Positions 12,001-25,233 of a stretch of 64,000 nucleotides of DNA are shown here, piece by piece (position 1 is the stretch's first letter; every line of letters starts with the position of its first letter). This DNA comes from Camelus ferus (lineage: Eukaryota). Both the position numbers and the translations under genes were made by a program. The notes below the pieces were generated by a model. That model worked only from the letters and a program-made list of their open reading frames with translations. It was not told the DNA's origin and ran no database searches. The stretch is taken from positions 12,836,001 to 12,900,000 of the forward strand of contig NC_045698.1 of the NCBI RefSeq assembly GCF_009834535.1. The letters are read 5' to 3'.

Positions 12001-13016
12001 TGCTTTTCAGGCTTTAACACTATTTGTCCACACACAGTTTATAACCGTAACAGATACTTAAATAGGCAAGACATCCTCAAGATGTACCATAGTCTCCTTT
12101 TTTCCACAAAATGAATATTTTACTATATACAGTTGGCCTAAATGGTGGGTGTCATAGTGAGTGTTCATTGTGATTTGGAATAGGAAAGGTGATGCTAAAA
12201 CTTTAAGTATTTATTCCTGCCTAATACAGAAGTGCTTGTAAGGGGCTGAGACCTACTTGCATTGTTGGCAAATGTTAGTGTAAACAACGGTAAGTCTGCA
12301 TATTAGCTGCGTATGCTTAATTAGCAACATTAATAATTGGGGTCATATCTGTACATTTCTCTCATGAGGAGAAAAACAAGAAGAGGGGGAAATGACTTCA
12401 TAATACTGTGGGAAATACATCAAGAAGCATCCTGGCTATGGTGAGTAGGTGCTACCAAATCAGTTGGTGACCAGAAAAGACTTCCCTGTGGGCTTGAGGA
12501 TCCCGTATTTACACCCATATTCCCAGCCATCCAACTCCACAGAGGACCTGAGAGACAGAGCACATTTCATTCTCCACATCTCAGTTTGTGGAAGTTATTA
12601 CTTTCCCTTCTATAGTTAAATATTCTGTATTCTTTCCTTTCTATGTCGAAATATCTTCTATCCCAAATTATATTTGCTCTAAGCAAAGGATCAGATAATT
12701 TGCAATTGGAAGTATATAATCTTATACTGTTGCAACGAAAGTCCATTCGAATTACAGTTATCTTACCAGAAAATATTCATAATTCTCATACATAAAATCA
12801 CAGTTCTCAAAGGAAACCTATAAACAGAAGTGGGCTGCAGGAAGCTCTGAGTCTTCCTTCAGTTATTTATTTAGTTATTCATGATATCTTTTTCAGATTC
12901 TTTGGAGAATTATTACCGACCCACCATGTATCGGGCATTGCCCTAGAATTTCTTTTAAATTCAGTGACCACAGGGCAGAAACTTCCAGGTAAATAATCTC
13001 CAAAGGAGCATCATGA

Positions 13017-13141
13017 GGGGAAGGTACAGCTAAGTGGTAGAGCACATGCTTAGCATGCATGAGGTCCTGGGTTCAATCCCCAGTGCCTTTATTGAAAAAC
13101 TAAATAAATAAGCCTAATTACCTACTCCCTGGAAAAAAAAA
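13017..13141 (+). mobile_element. tRNA-derived SINE (camelid Vic-1-like)
   Basis: Pol III A-box region (cagctaagtggtagagc), B box (gggttcaatccc), AT-rich tail ending in an A run; degenerate flanking repeat aaggagcatc/aaggagtacc. Confidence 0.9.
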
Positions 13142-14334
13142 TTTTTTTAAGAAGGAGTACCCCAGTTGTGTACTAAGCAGCATTATAACTATAAGATCTC
13201 CCCACTAGGCACATAGCTCACATTGACACATCAAAGGCTAGAAGCCATCCTGTAAGAGAGGAACATTTGTAACTTTAAGCACTTTTGAGTTTATCTAAGC
13301 AAAAATGTCCCTTCCCACACACATATATAACCATTATTTTTTAGCTGAAATAAGTAGGGGATTGTCATCATTAATTTCAGCAAAAGTCCCCATGGATATG
13401 TGTTACTTTGCTTAGTAAGGTGAGAAAAAATTTGAGCTGACTCTTGCAGTTACTGAGAAAGGGAATGAGTAAGGGGAACGAACTGTGTGAGGGGAAGGGA
13501 GGTAGGGATTCCGCAAGTGAGAAATTCCCTGCAATGGGGAATAGTTGAGAGGTTTTCAACAAAGAAATATGTAGCACTTAACGTTATGTTCTAGTTTCTG
13601 CTAGGCTTCTATGTAATACTCCAGTGTTACTCCCTGAATCTTCATTAATGCCTATTCCTCAGAACTGCCTTGTGAGAGTGATGTTTGCCAGAAATCAAGA
13701 TCGAAAGAGACCGTGTGTCATGCGGTCATCACAGGGTGAAGGGAAAATACAGTTACCAGAGAGAAGTTAAAGTGAGTTGGGGGAATCAGGAGAGTCAGGG
13801 CTCAGAGCTGGAAACTGTAGAAAATTAGGAGAAATTTATGCCTTGACCAACCTCTGTTGTTGGACCTGAATCATTTTATTTACAAATTAAAGGGTAGAGG
13901 AGTTGGAGATGCTGAAGTAACCACCTGGATGGAGAGAAAGAAAAATTCTGAAAGAAATAATTACAAGTTCAGAGTGCTTCGTCCTCCTCCCAATCATCTA
14001 AGAAATATGACCAGAATTCTTCAGGAATTAACTTGTCAGAGCAATAGTGAAAGGACATCTGTTAAAGAAAGAAAGATTACAAGATGCTTGAAATAAACAT
14101 AAAACTAAGAAGACGAAGTGTTTAAGAATGTCAGAAAACAACTTCAGGATTATTAGGATCTGAGAGAAGAAAAGATTTTCCTTGGAGACCACTGGGAAAA
14201 CCAAAAGAATGTGCTCTTCATCTTAATTGCTTTGAAAGAGGGATCTAAGTAAGGAGATCCAGTGGGGAAGAAGGAAGGATATGTGACGTGTTACTGGTTT
14301 TAGGACCCTGGTTTGGAAGGGATTGAAAGAATTA

Positions 14335-14540
14335 AGCTGTGTAGTAGTTCGATGTGTGGGCTCTGGATCCAGGCTCCCTGAAGTTGAATACTTTCTTAGC
14401 TTAACTTCTCTGTCTTTTGGTATTATATTCTAGGAAAGGGTACTCATAATTTTATCTCTACCAAGGGAGATTCATATCTATAAAGTGCTTGGAATAGGGC
14501 CTCGCAGATGATGAGGGTTCAGTAAATGTTATTGATTAGT
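14335..14540 (+). mobile_element. MIR SINE
   Basis: tgggctctggatccag..., cttaacttctctgtc, taaagtgcttggaatagggcct...ttcagtaaatgttatt. Confidence 0.7.
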
Positions 14541-15574
14541 AATTAACAAAATTATTGAAAATTCCCTTCCAACAGCAGCAGGTAAGGAGGCAAAAGTGAC
14601 ATCAACTGAGGAATCTCGTTCTAGTGGCTGAAAAGTCATACAGCTGATTGGATATAGGGAGAAATGTCAGGAAAATTAGTATAGGGAACTTCAGGCACTT
14701 ATTGGCAATTTCCGAAATAACCTAATGTTATTGTGAAAAAAACGTTTCACGGTATTGGAAAACAAGCCTGGGGAATTTTTAGGAGTTGTGACTCTGAGTA
14801 CAGGTGAGATGCAGTAAGAGGGCCAAATAGATTGAATTCTGTTGGATGTTAGATTGTTTACAAGAAAGATGCCTTAGGGAGAAATAAAACTTTCAAAGAT
14901 GGTAGAATAAGAGTGATGACTTTGAAAAATAAACACTTTTGATAGATCCAACATTAGTTTCAAAAATTTTGCTATAGAGGAACTTACAGAATAAAATAGG
15001 AAAAGTCTGTCAGAAAAACACAAATTAAGGGTGACCCCATACCTAGAATTTTAATTCATGAATAGATCTATCATCATATACTCCCCAGAGAAAACATGTG
15101 GAAAACACTGGGAGTGGAGACAAAAATGGATGAGGTTAATTAGGAAATTATGTTGATGTGCATTATCCAGCTGGATAAAGTGTGGGAATCTGGGGTACTT
15201 TTTGACGTAAGATAAATCTTATTCTTGCTTTCTGACTGTCGGCACCTCCTACAGCTTGAGGACCAAGGAAACCTTGGGATATGTTGAGGATAGAGAATGA
15301 TAGACAAGTAGGTTCTACATTTCTCCCCAGCCCTGCTTCTGGGCTGTGGATAGCCACTATTTTGCTCTGGAATCACAAGTAGTTATGAGAGAACACACTG
15401 GGAAGTTTCTCACCCACTGGGATGCAACCGTCTTCTGAACTCTGGCTCACATCTCTTATTCAGTGGATATTTCAGCAGATCACTGCTTATTCTCCTCTTC
15501 TTAATGATATTAACAACAGCATGGGGGGGCATTTAGCAACAATACTAACAGTATTTCTTCTTCCTTATTTTTAA

Positions 15575-16458
15575 ATAGCCTTTTTATTGTGGTAAAATAT
15601 ACACAGCATCAAATTTACCATTGGAACCATTTTTAAGTGTATGGTTCAGTAGCATTAACTACATTCACATGTGATGCAACCATCACCACTATCCTCCCCA
15701 GAACTTCTCATCTGGCAAAACTGAAACTCCATATCCATTAAACAATGTCCCCCATTCTCCCCTCCCCCAGCTCCTTTCTTTCTGTATGAATTTGGCTACT
15801 CTTGTTACCTCACAGAGGTAGAGTCATAGAGCACTTTTCCTTTTTTAACTGGCTTACTTCACTGAGCATAATGTCTTCAAGGTTCATCCATGTTGTATTA
15901 TGTGTCAGAATTTCTTTCCTTTTTAACACTGAATAGTATTTTGTTGTGTGCATACACCACATTTTGTTTATCAGTTCGGCCACCATTAGGTACTTGGGTT
16001 GCTTTCAACTTTTGGCTATTATGAATAATGCTGCTATGAACATAGGTATACAAATGTCTGCTTTTAAATCATTTAGGTAAATATCCAGGAGTGAAATTGC
16101 TGGATCATGGAGTAATTCTGTTTCATTTTTTGAGGAACCACCATACTATGTTATTTTATGTTCTCTGCTGTACTGCACAAACTTTCCAGTTTCTCTACAT
16201 TCTTGCCAACACATTATTTCCTTTTTCTTTCATGATAGCTCTTCTGGTGAGTGCAAAATGATATTGTAGTTTTGCTTTGTATTTTCCTAATAATTAGTGA
16301 TGTTAAACGTTTTTTCAATGCTTATTGGCCATTTGTTTACTCTTTTTGGAGAAGTGTCTATTCAAGTCATTTGCTCATTTTAAAATCAGGCTGATTCATT
16401 GCTACTGAGTTGTAAGAATTCTTTTTATGTTCTGGATAATAATCCTTTATCAGTTAAA
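15575..16458 (-). mobile_element. L1MB-type 3' end
   Basis: Typical antisense L1MB 3' UTR (ttgtggtaaaatatacac...aaatttaccatt) followed by ORF2 C-terminal sequence. Confidence 0.88.
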
Positions 16459-18575
16459 CAGCATTCTGAGGTATAACTGACATATAATAAACTACTTATA
16501 TTTTATTTAAATTGTACAATTTGATAAAGTTTTGCCATATGTATACAACTGTTAAGTCATTACCACAATCAACATAATATATCCTTCTCCACCAAAAGTT
16601 TCCTTGTGCCCCTCTTGGTACTTTTCCCCAACTCTCCCTGCCCCTAAACTTGTCCCTGTGCCCCCAAGCAATCACTGATGTATTTATGTCACTGTACATT
16701 AGTTTGAATTTTCTAGATTTTATTTATGTGGAATCATGCGGTATGTACTTTTGCGTGTGTATGTGTGTATGTGTGTGTGTGCATATACGTGTGTGTGGTG
16801 GAGGTGGTAGGATTCTTTTCACTCAGCACAATTATTTTGAGATTGATCCATGTTGTACATATCAATAATTCATTCCTTTTTATAGCTGAGTAGGATTCCA
16901 TTGCATGGATTATACTACAATTTGTTAATAAATTCACCTGCAGATGGACATCTATTTGAGTTGTTTCAGTTTTGGGTGCTGATGAAAAAAGTTGCTGCAA
17001 ACATTCATGTATAGGTGTTTGTATGGGCATATACTTCCATTCCTCTTAGGTAAGTACCTTAGAATGATATGGCCAGGTTATATAGGTATGTTCAACATTA
17101 CAAGAAGTGAAAAGTATTTTTCAAGGTGATCGCACTGTTTCACGTTCCCAGCAGTGTACAAGCATTCCAGTTGCTCCACATTCTCACCAGCGTCTGGCAG
17201 AGCCAGGCATTTTAATTTCAGGTGTGTAGTAGTATTTAATTGCAGCTTTAATTTGTATTCCCTAATCATTAATGATACTAGTATCCTTTTATGTCTAATT
17301 TACATCTGTATATATTTCTCTTCACTCGTCTCTCTTTTGGGATTTTAGTTACACATCTGTTAAGCCACAAGTTACTAGTGGCTGTTTATTTTTGTTTCTA
17401 GTCTCTTTTTCTCTGTTTTATTTTTGATAGTGTGCATTGTTATCTGTATCTCAAAGTACATTAATCTTTTCTTTGGCAACATTTAATCCATTGCAAACTT
17501 CTTTCCATCTATCTACCTATCTACCTATCTAGTGTATCTATGTATCTATCTATCTCTACATTTATATATATATTTATCTATTTTAAAATTTCGGACCTTG
17601 CGGTTTTAACTTTAGAAGTTCAATTTTTTTTTTCATATTTTCCATGTCTGTACTTAACATGTTCAATCTTTCCTGCATCTTTTAAAATATATGGATCACA
17701 GTTATAAGAACTCTTTTAATGTTTTTTCCACTAACTCTGTCAGCTGTGTCATTTCTGTAATCATTTTAATAGATTTATTTTCCTTCTTATGATGGTTCTT
17801 ATTTCCCTGCCTTTGCATGCATGGCCACCTGCAATTCGATATCAGACTTGGTGCTTTTCCTTGTTGAGTGCTGTATCTTTTTCAGTCCTACCCACATTCC
17901 TGTGCTTTGTTCTGAGAAGCGTTCAAGTTATTTGGAAACCGTGGATCATTTCAGATTTTGTTTTTAAGCTTTGTTCAGTTAGACCAGAGTGGCATTTAGT
18001 CTATTAATTTTTCTCACTAAGAATTGCTCTACCCAACGTCCCATGAAATACAAGATTTTCCATGTTTGTTGCTTGGGAACAGGAACTATCCTCCACCTTT
18101 CGTGATATCTGAGGATTGTTTAGTTCTATCTTTTTGAATGCTTCTTTCTTGCTTCTTGGGTAGTTTCCTCACTTAAATGTGCTGATCGGTACTCAGCTGA
18201 AGACTCAAGAAGGATGCTCTGCAGGTGCCTCTGATATCTCTTTGTGCAGCCATCTTTTTAAAATTTTTATTATACTCATTCCTACAAATTCTACCTGCCA
18301 CGATCCCCTTAAAGTCCTACCTCTACCTTATAACTCAGGGACATCTTCAGAATCCATCTGGGTTGCTTCACTGTGTTGTAGTCTAAACCATCTCTTCAGT
18401 CAGTAAACTGGGGTGAGTGTACAGCTCATTTTGTTTTTGTTAGAGGTCACTGTCTTTCATTGTCTGATGTTCAATATCTTGACAACCCTTGTTACTTGCT
18501 CAGTTTTTGGTTGTGTCAAATAGGTGTGTAAATCAAGTCACTGCTGCTTCAGTTTAGTTATAAGTGGAAATCTTC
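16459..18575 (-). mobile_element. Older L1M (L1MC/ME-like) 3' end joined to an L1 5'/ORF1-region segment; contains (TG)n and (TCTA)n repeats
   Basis: 3' UTR/ORF2 motifs 16460-17320 (ORF 16734-17030 HAMESYSAIKRNELLICTTWINLK); L1 5'-region-like sequence 17320-18575. Confidence 0.7.
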
Positions 18576-18595
18576 TTGAGAATATCTTGATATAC

Positions 18596-19015
18596 TGTCC
18601 TACCTTTGCCTTTCCCTCCTAGTGGAGCCTGAGACAGGACTTAGGTACATGGAGTTTATCTGGGAGGTGATCCTGGGAGGCAGGAGAAATTTTTATATGC
18701 CAGTAAAAAAATGCTTTGTTGAGATGGTTACCACTGTGTATACTTGAGCCTCTGAGGATTTATCCCAGGGATGAATAGGAGGCTGGGGAGACATATATCT
18801 ACTAATTCACATTCTCCAATTAGTTGAGAGTTGCCCCTGCTTGTTTCCTAATGTATAATTTTGTTTTAGTATTATAGTGAACTCCTATGACTTTGCAAAA
18901 AATTCCTGGGCAGCAAAGTGGAGAGATGTGGCAGGCACTTGAGGTGCTGCCAAGGTACAGGGCAGCTGTCCACTGCAGCTTACAGCTGAAATTGTTGGGC
19001 TGAGCACATGTGGTA
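18596..19015. mobile_element. ERVL-class LTR (LTR16/LTR33-like)
   Basis: gagcctgagacaggacttaggtacatggagtttatctgggaggtgatcc resembles recalled ERVL LTR ends. Confidence 0.55.
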
Positions 19016-20164
19016 CAAAAAACACCAATTCTACTTCTTCTGTAGGGTTTATTTTCTTCACCAAGTACAAGTCCCTCATTTTCACCATTCTTCTTCCTTA
19101 TTTATTCAAAATAAATTACTCCAACAAATTTTTTGTTGAACTCATTTATACCAACATGAGCACTTTCATAAAGTGTGGCCATTTGGGGGCACAGAAAAGA
19201 TTATTTGAGCGCTACTTTATTTTAAAATTAATAATCTATTTATTAAACTTCAAATAAGAAGCTTTAAAGCTCTTATTCATTATCAAGTTTTGAAGTTCAA
19301 TTACATACCTCATCATTCTCCTGATAAATCTAATAGATTTTAATGACCACATTAAGGGCTATTTTATAAAGTAATTTAATATATTTTAATATTAAAAAAT
19401 AATTTATAATTTTAATGTATTTGATTCTCATTTTAGGGACATCTACTTCCTCAGCCAAAATAAAAATAACATTTCTATGTACTCAAATAATTCTTGTAAG
19501 TCTAATAAATTAAACTTTTGCATTGGAAGAGTCTAATTTTTTTAAGGTTTAAATTTTTTTTTTTGTAAACTTAGTGGAATTTCAAGTTAAGAGTCTAAAA
19601 CAATTACTAATTAAGACATTTTAAACTGAAATTGTAAACTAATCTGCTACTGCAATGGCAGAATTATCTTAAAAGTTGCATACATTTAAAACATAAAATG
19701 TGTGAAGATTATTCTTTAACACAGAATTATAACTATTAAGGGTTTGGTTGACTTTGTCATTTAATACCTACTTTTAAAACCTTAAAAGCTAAAAATGATT
19801 AAGCACTGGGGAATCAATTATGCCATTTCAGGAGAATTTTAGAGTCAATTTCCAAGCTTGTTATCATTACTATTATTTGGTTTAAGCGCTCAGTTGACTG
19901 AGGTTGCATGGTAACCAGTTATTTCGGCAAAATGTGCAAATATGGAATTACAGATTTTATCCAAATTCCCACCTGAGTCTATTTTACTTCATAGTTGCTC
20001 TGGAAATGAGGGGCTTTCTTATCCCTGTGTTAAACTTACATGTCGCTAAATCTCTAATTTATTAAAATGTCCAGTAAGATTTCTTCAATCATCCATGTAA
20101 GTTTTGTAATTTTTGTTCTAATAATTTACACTATTTCGATGTTAATTTATCCTTCCAGAAATTA

Positions 20165-20610
20165 TTTTTTGAGTGTATACGAGCACTCAGCACTCCTCTA
20201 GGCTTTTGAAGATGCTGTTGAATATGACAAAAATCCCTGCTTTGTAGTACATACCCACTAAGAGAAGGAAAAGGAAACTAAATGACAAGGGTATCAAGCA
20301 AGAGAAAGGTGGCACAGACACACATGAGTAAATTATTTGGTATGTTAGAAGGGGATAAAAGTCAATGGCCAAAGAAAAAAACAGAGCAGGAGAAAGGGTG
20401 ATGAGCGCTATGGAGGAGGGGTTGTCAGGATGCAAAACTGTGTAAGACAGTCAGGAGGTGTCTCCCTAGCAGGTGGTATTGAAAATGGGTTTGAAGGGGC
20501 TGAAGGAGTTAAGCAAGTGAATGTTAAGGAAGAGCGTCCAGGCAGTGAGAAGAGATAGAGTCAATGACCCAAGGCTAAAGCATCCCATTGTCTTTAAGGA
20601 ATAACAAACC
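20165..20610 (-). mobile_element. L2a 3' fragment
   Basis: Antisense L2 3' end (ttattttttgagtg...gacaaaaatccctgc...gaaggagttaagc...aagagcgtccaggcag). Confidence 0.75.
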
Positions 20611-21211
20611 TTTGTCTCTTGACTGACCTGAGCACTTCTGTGGGAGCTGGTGCTACCTCCATCCACAGTAACTCTCCTTCACCTCTGATGTGGGTAAAAT
20701 GCACCTAAGACCCAGTGGCAGTGGGGTCTTAGCGCCTATGCTTGACCCTAGCTGAGGGTCTCACTTTTGCTTTTTTTTTAATCTTTAATTCACATCATCT
20801 AATCCATTCTCTGTATCAGTGGTCTCCACATTAGAGACGGTGCATTTAAAGCTATTGAAAAATATTAAAAGTTCTTTTTGTATTTATTTGTTATTTTTAC
20901 ATTTGAATTTTTTGGTTTTTACCAGTTTTATGCATAGTGTCATAGAACTTAACAAGGTTCACAAAGTTCATCCACATTTTCCACTCCTCGGAAGCAACTA
21001 CTTTTACATTTTTAGTTTTCTATCTTGGTACTTATCAACTTTTTGCCAGAAGAGAGAAAGGAGCTCTTAGGAATCCTACTGTTCCTTAAAAAATATTTTA
21101 AAACATCCCCTCTGGTTTTAGTCCCTTTTTTTCCCCTTACTTCTATAATCTCCTGGTGCTTCAAAATTCTTAGCTTTTTAAAAATTTTTTCAGTATAAAT
21201 AAGGATTTTTT

Positions 21212-24200
21212 TTAACATTTTTAATTAATTTATAATCATTTTACAATGTTGTGTCAAATTCCAGTGTTCAGCACAATTTTTCAGTTATTCATGGACATAT
21301 ACACACTCATTGTCACATTTTTTTCTCTGTGAGTTATCATAACATTTTGTGTATATTTCCCTGTGCTATACAGTGTAGTCTATTCTACAATTTTGAAATC
21401 CCAGTCTATCCCTTCCCACCCTCCACCCCCCTGGTAACCACAAGTCTGTATTCTCTGTCTGTGAGTCTATTTCTGTCCTTTATTTACACTTTGTTTTTGT
21501 TTGTTTGTTTGTTTTTGTTTTTGTTTTTTAGATTCCATATATGAGCGATCTCATATGGTATTTTTCTTTCTCTTTCTGGCTTACTTCACTTAGAATGACA
21601 TTCTCCAGGAGCATCCATGTTGCTGCAAATGGCATTATGTTGTCAGTTTTTATGGCTGAGTAGTATTCCATTGTATAAATATACCACATCTTCTTTATCC
21701 AGTCACCTGTTGATGGACATTTAGGCTGTTTCCATGTTTTGGCTATTGTAAATAGTGCTCCTATGAACACTGGGGTGCAGGTGTCATCCTGAAGTAGATT
21801 TCCTTCTGGATACAAGCCCAGGAGTGGGAATCCTGGGTCATATGGTAAGTCTATTCCTAGTCTTTTGAGGAATCTCCACACTGTTTTCCATAGTGGCTGC
21901 ACCAAACTGCATTCCCACCAGCAGTGTAGGAGGGTTCCCCTTTCTCCACAGCCTCTCCAGCATTTGTCATTTGTGGATTTTTGAATGACGGCCATTCTAA
22001 CTGGTGTGAGGTGATACCTCATTGTAGTTTTGATTTGCATTTCTCTGGTAATTAGTGATATTGAGCATTTTTTCATGTACTTTTTGATCATTTGTATGTC
22101 TTCCTTGGAGAATTGCTTGTTTAGGTCTTCTTCCCATTTTTGGATTGGGTTGTTTATTTTTTTCTTATTGAGTCGTATGAGCTGCTTATATATTCTGGAG
22201 ATCAAGCCTTTGTCGGTTTCACTTGCAAAAATTTTCTCCCATTCCGTAGGTTTTCTTCTTGTTTTATTTCTGGTTTCCTTTGCTGTGCAGAAGCTTGTAA
22301 GTTTCATTAGGTCCCATTTGTTTATTCTTGCTTTTATTTCTTCTAGGAGAAAATTTTTTAAATGTATGTCAGATAATGTTTTGCCTATGTTTTCCTCTAG
22401 GAGGTTTATTGTATCTTGTTTTATGTTTAAGTCTTTAATCCATTTTGAGTTGATTTTTGTATATGGTGTAAGGGAGTGTTCTAGCTTCATTGTTTTACAT
22501 GCTGCTGTCCAGTTTTCCCAACACCATTTGCTGAAGAGACTGTCTTTATTCCAATGTATGTCCTTGCCTCCTTTGTCAAAGATGAGTTGACCAAAAGTTT
22601 GTGGGTTCATTTCTGGGCTCTCTATTCTGTTCCATTGGTCTATATGTCTGTTTTGGTACCAATACCATGCTGTCTTGATGACTGTAGCTCTATAGTATTG
22701 TCTGAAGTCTGGGAGAGTTATTCCTCCAGCCTCTTTCTTTCTCTTCAGTAATGCTTTGGCAATTCTAGGTCTTTGATGGTTCCATATGAATTTTATTATG
22801 ATTTTTTTCTAGTTCTGTGAAATATGTCCTGGGTAATTGGATAGGGATTGCATTAAATCTGTAGATTGCCTTGGGCAGTGTGACCATTTTAACAATATTG
22901 ATTCTTCCAATCCAAGAGCATGGAATATCTTTCCATTTTTTAAAGTCTTCTTTAATTTCCTTCATCAGTGGTTTATAGTTTTCTGTGTATAATTCTTTCA
23001 CCTCCTTGGTTAGATTTATTCCCAGATATTTTATTACTTTGGGTGCTATTTTAAAGGGGATTGTTTCTTTACTTTCTTCTTCTGTTGATTTATCGTTAGT
23101 GTAAAGAAATGCAACTGATTTTTGAACGTTAATTTTGTAACCTGCTACCTTGCTGAATTCTTCAATCAGCTCTAGTAGCTTTTGTGTGGACCTTATAGGG
23201 TTTTCTATATATAGTAACATGTCATCAGCGTATAATGACACTTTTACCTCGTCTTTTCCAATTTGGATCCCTTTTATTTCTTTCTCTTGCCTGACTGCTG
23301 TGGCTAGGACTTCCAGGACTATGTTGAATAGGAGTGGTGATAGTGGGCATCCTTGTCTTGTCCCAGATTTTAGTGGGAAGCTTTTGAGTTTTTCACCGTT
23401 GAGTACTATGCTGGCTGTAGGTTTGTCATATATAGCTTTTATTATGTTGAGATATGTTCCCTCTATACCCACTTTGGCGAGAGTTTTTATCATAAATGGG
23501 TGTTGAATTTTATCAAATGCTTTTTCTGCATCGATTGAGATGATCATGTGGTTTTTGTCCTTTCTCTTGTTGATGTGATGTATTACACTGATTGATTTGC
23601 GTATGTTGAACCAGCCTTGTGTCCCTGGGATGAACCCCACTTGGTCATGATGTATAATTTTTTTTATGTGTTGTTGGATTCTATTTGCTAAAATTTTGGT
23701 GAGGATTTTGGCATCTATGTTCATCAGTGATATTGGCCTATAATTCTCTTTTTTTGTAGTGTCTTTGCCTGGTTTTGGTATCAGGGTGATGATGGCTTCA
23801 TAGAATGAGTTTGGGAGTATTCCCTCTTTTCAATCATCTGGAAGAGTTTGAGAAGGACTGGTATGAGTTCTTCTTTGTATGTTTGGTAGAATTCCCCTGT
23901 GAAGCCGTCCGGTCCTGGACTTTTATTTGTAGGGAGGTTTTTAATTGCTATTTCTATTTCCTTTCTAGTGATCAGATTGTTCAAGTGTTCAGATTCTTCT
24001 TGATTCAGTTTTGGTGGACAGTATGTTTCCAGAAACTTGTCCATCTCCTCTAGGTTATCCAGTTTGGTTCCATATAGTTTTTCATAATATTCTCGTATGA
24101 TATTCTGTATTTCTATTTTGTTTGTTGTAATTTCTCCATTTTCCTTTCTTATTTTGCTAATTTGTGCTCTCTCTTTTTTCTTCTTTGTGAGTTTGGCCAG

Positions 24201-25233
24201 AGGTTTGTCGATTTTATTTACTTTTTCAAAAAACCAGCTTTTGGTTTGGTTGATTTTTTCTATGGTCTTGTTAATCTCTATTGTATTTAATTCCTCTCTG
24301 ATCTTTATTATTTCCTTCCTTCTGCTGCTTTTTGGGGCTTTTTGTTCTTCTTTTTCTAATTCATTCAGGTGGTGGGTTAAATTGTTTATTTGAGATTGTT
24401 CTTCTTTTTTGAGGAAGGCCTGTATCGCTATAAACTTCCCTCTTAGCACTGCCTTTGCTGTGTCCCATAGGTTTTGAGTGGTTGTGCTTTCATTATCATT
24501 TGTCTCAAGGTATTTTTTAATTTCAGCTTTGATTTCCTCATTGATCCATTGTTTTTTCAATAACATATTGTTTAATCTCCATGCTTTCCTTTTTTTCTCC
24601 TTTGTTTCTCTGTTGTTGATTTCCAGTTTCATGGCATTGTGGTCAGTAAAGATGCTTGAGATAATTTCTATCTTCTTAAAACTGTGGAGGTTTCTTTTGT
24701 GCCCAAGTACATGATCGATCCTGGAAAATGTTCCATGTGCACTTGAAAAGAATGTATATCCTATTTTTTTGGGGGTGTAATGCTCTGAAAATATCCACCA
24801 AATCTAGTTTTTCTATTGTAGTATTTAATTTCTCTGTTGCCTTGTTTATTTTCTGTCTGGAAGATCTGTCTAGTGATGTTAATGCAGTGTTAAAATCTCC
24901 AACTATGATTGTATTCCCATCAATATCCCCCTTTATCTCTGTTAGTAATTCTTGTATGTACTCAGGTGCTCCTATATTGGGTGCATATATATTAACGAGT
25001 GTAATATCCTCATCTTGTATCACTCCTTTAATCATAAAATGTCCTTCTTTATCTTTCTTTATGGCCTTTGTTTTAAAGTCTATTTTGTCTGAAATCAGTA
25101 CTGCAACACCTGCTTTTTTGGCTTTTCCATTTGCATGGAATATCCTTTTCCATCCTTTCACTCTCAATCTATATGTGTCCTTCTCCCTAAAGTGGGTCTC
25201 TTGTATGCAGCATATTGAAGGTTCTTGCTTTAT
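21212..25233 (-). mobile_element. Young 5'-truncated LINE-1 (~4.0 kb) with 16-bp TSD
   Basis: TAAATAAGGATTTTTT at 21196-21211 and 25234-25249; TT/AAAA-type endonuclease site on the minus strand; ORF2 and 3' UTR present, ORF1 and 5' UTR absent. Confidence 0.98.
21528..25233 (-). pseudogene. L1 ORF2p (APE endonuclease, reverse transcriptase, C-terminal domain); N-terminally truncated, three frameshifts
   Basis: EN motifs QETH, NIYAPN, GDFN, SRIDH, TDHN; RT motifs QGCPLSP, YADD, YLG; C-terminal [18 protein letters not shown]; four ORF pieces in successive frames. Confidence 0.97.

Noticed and set aside
13017..13090. tRNA-like sequence (also 62075-62147)
   Set aside because: SINE head with an AT-rich tail and no proper acceptor-stem pairing; not a tRNA gene
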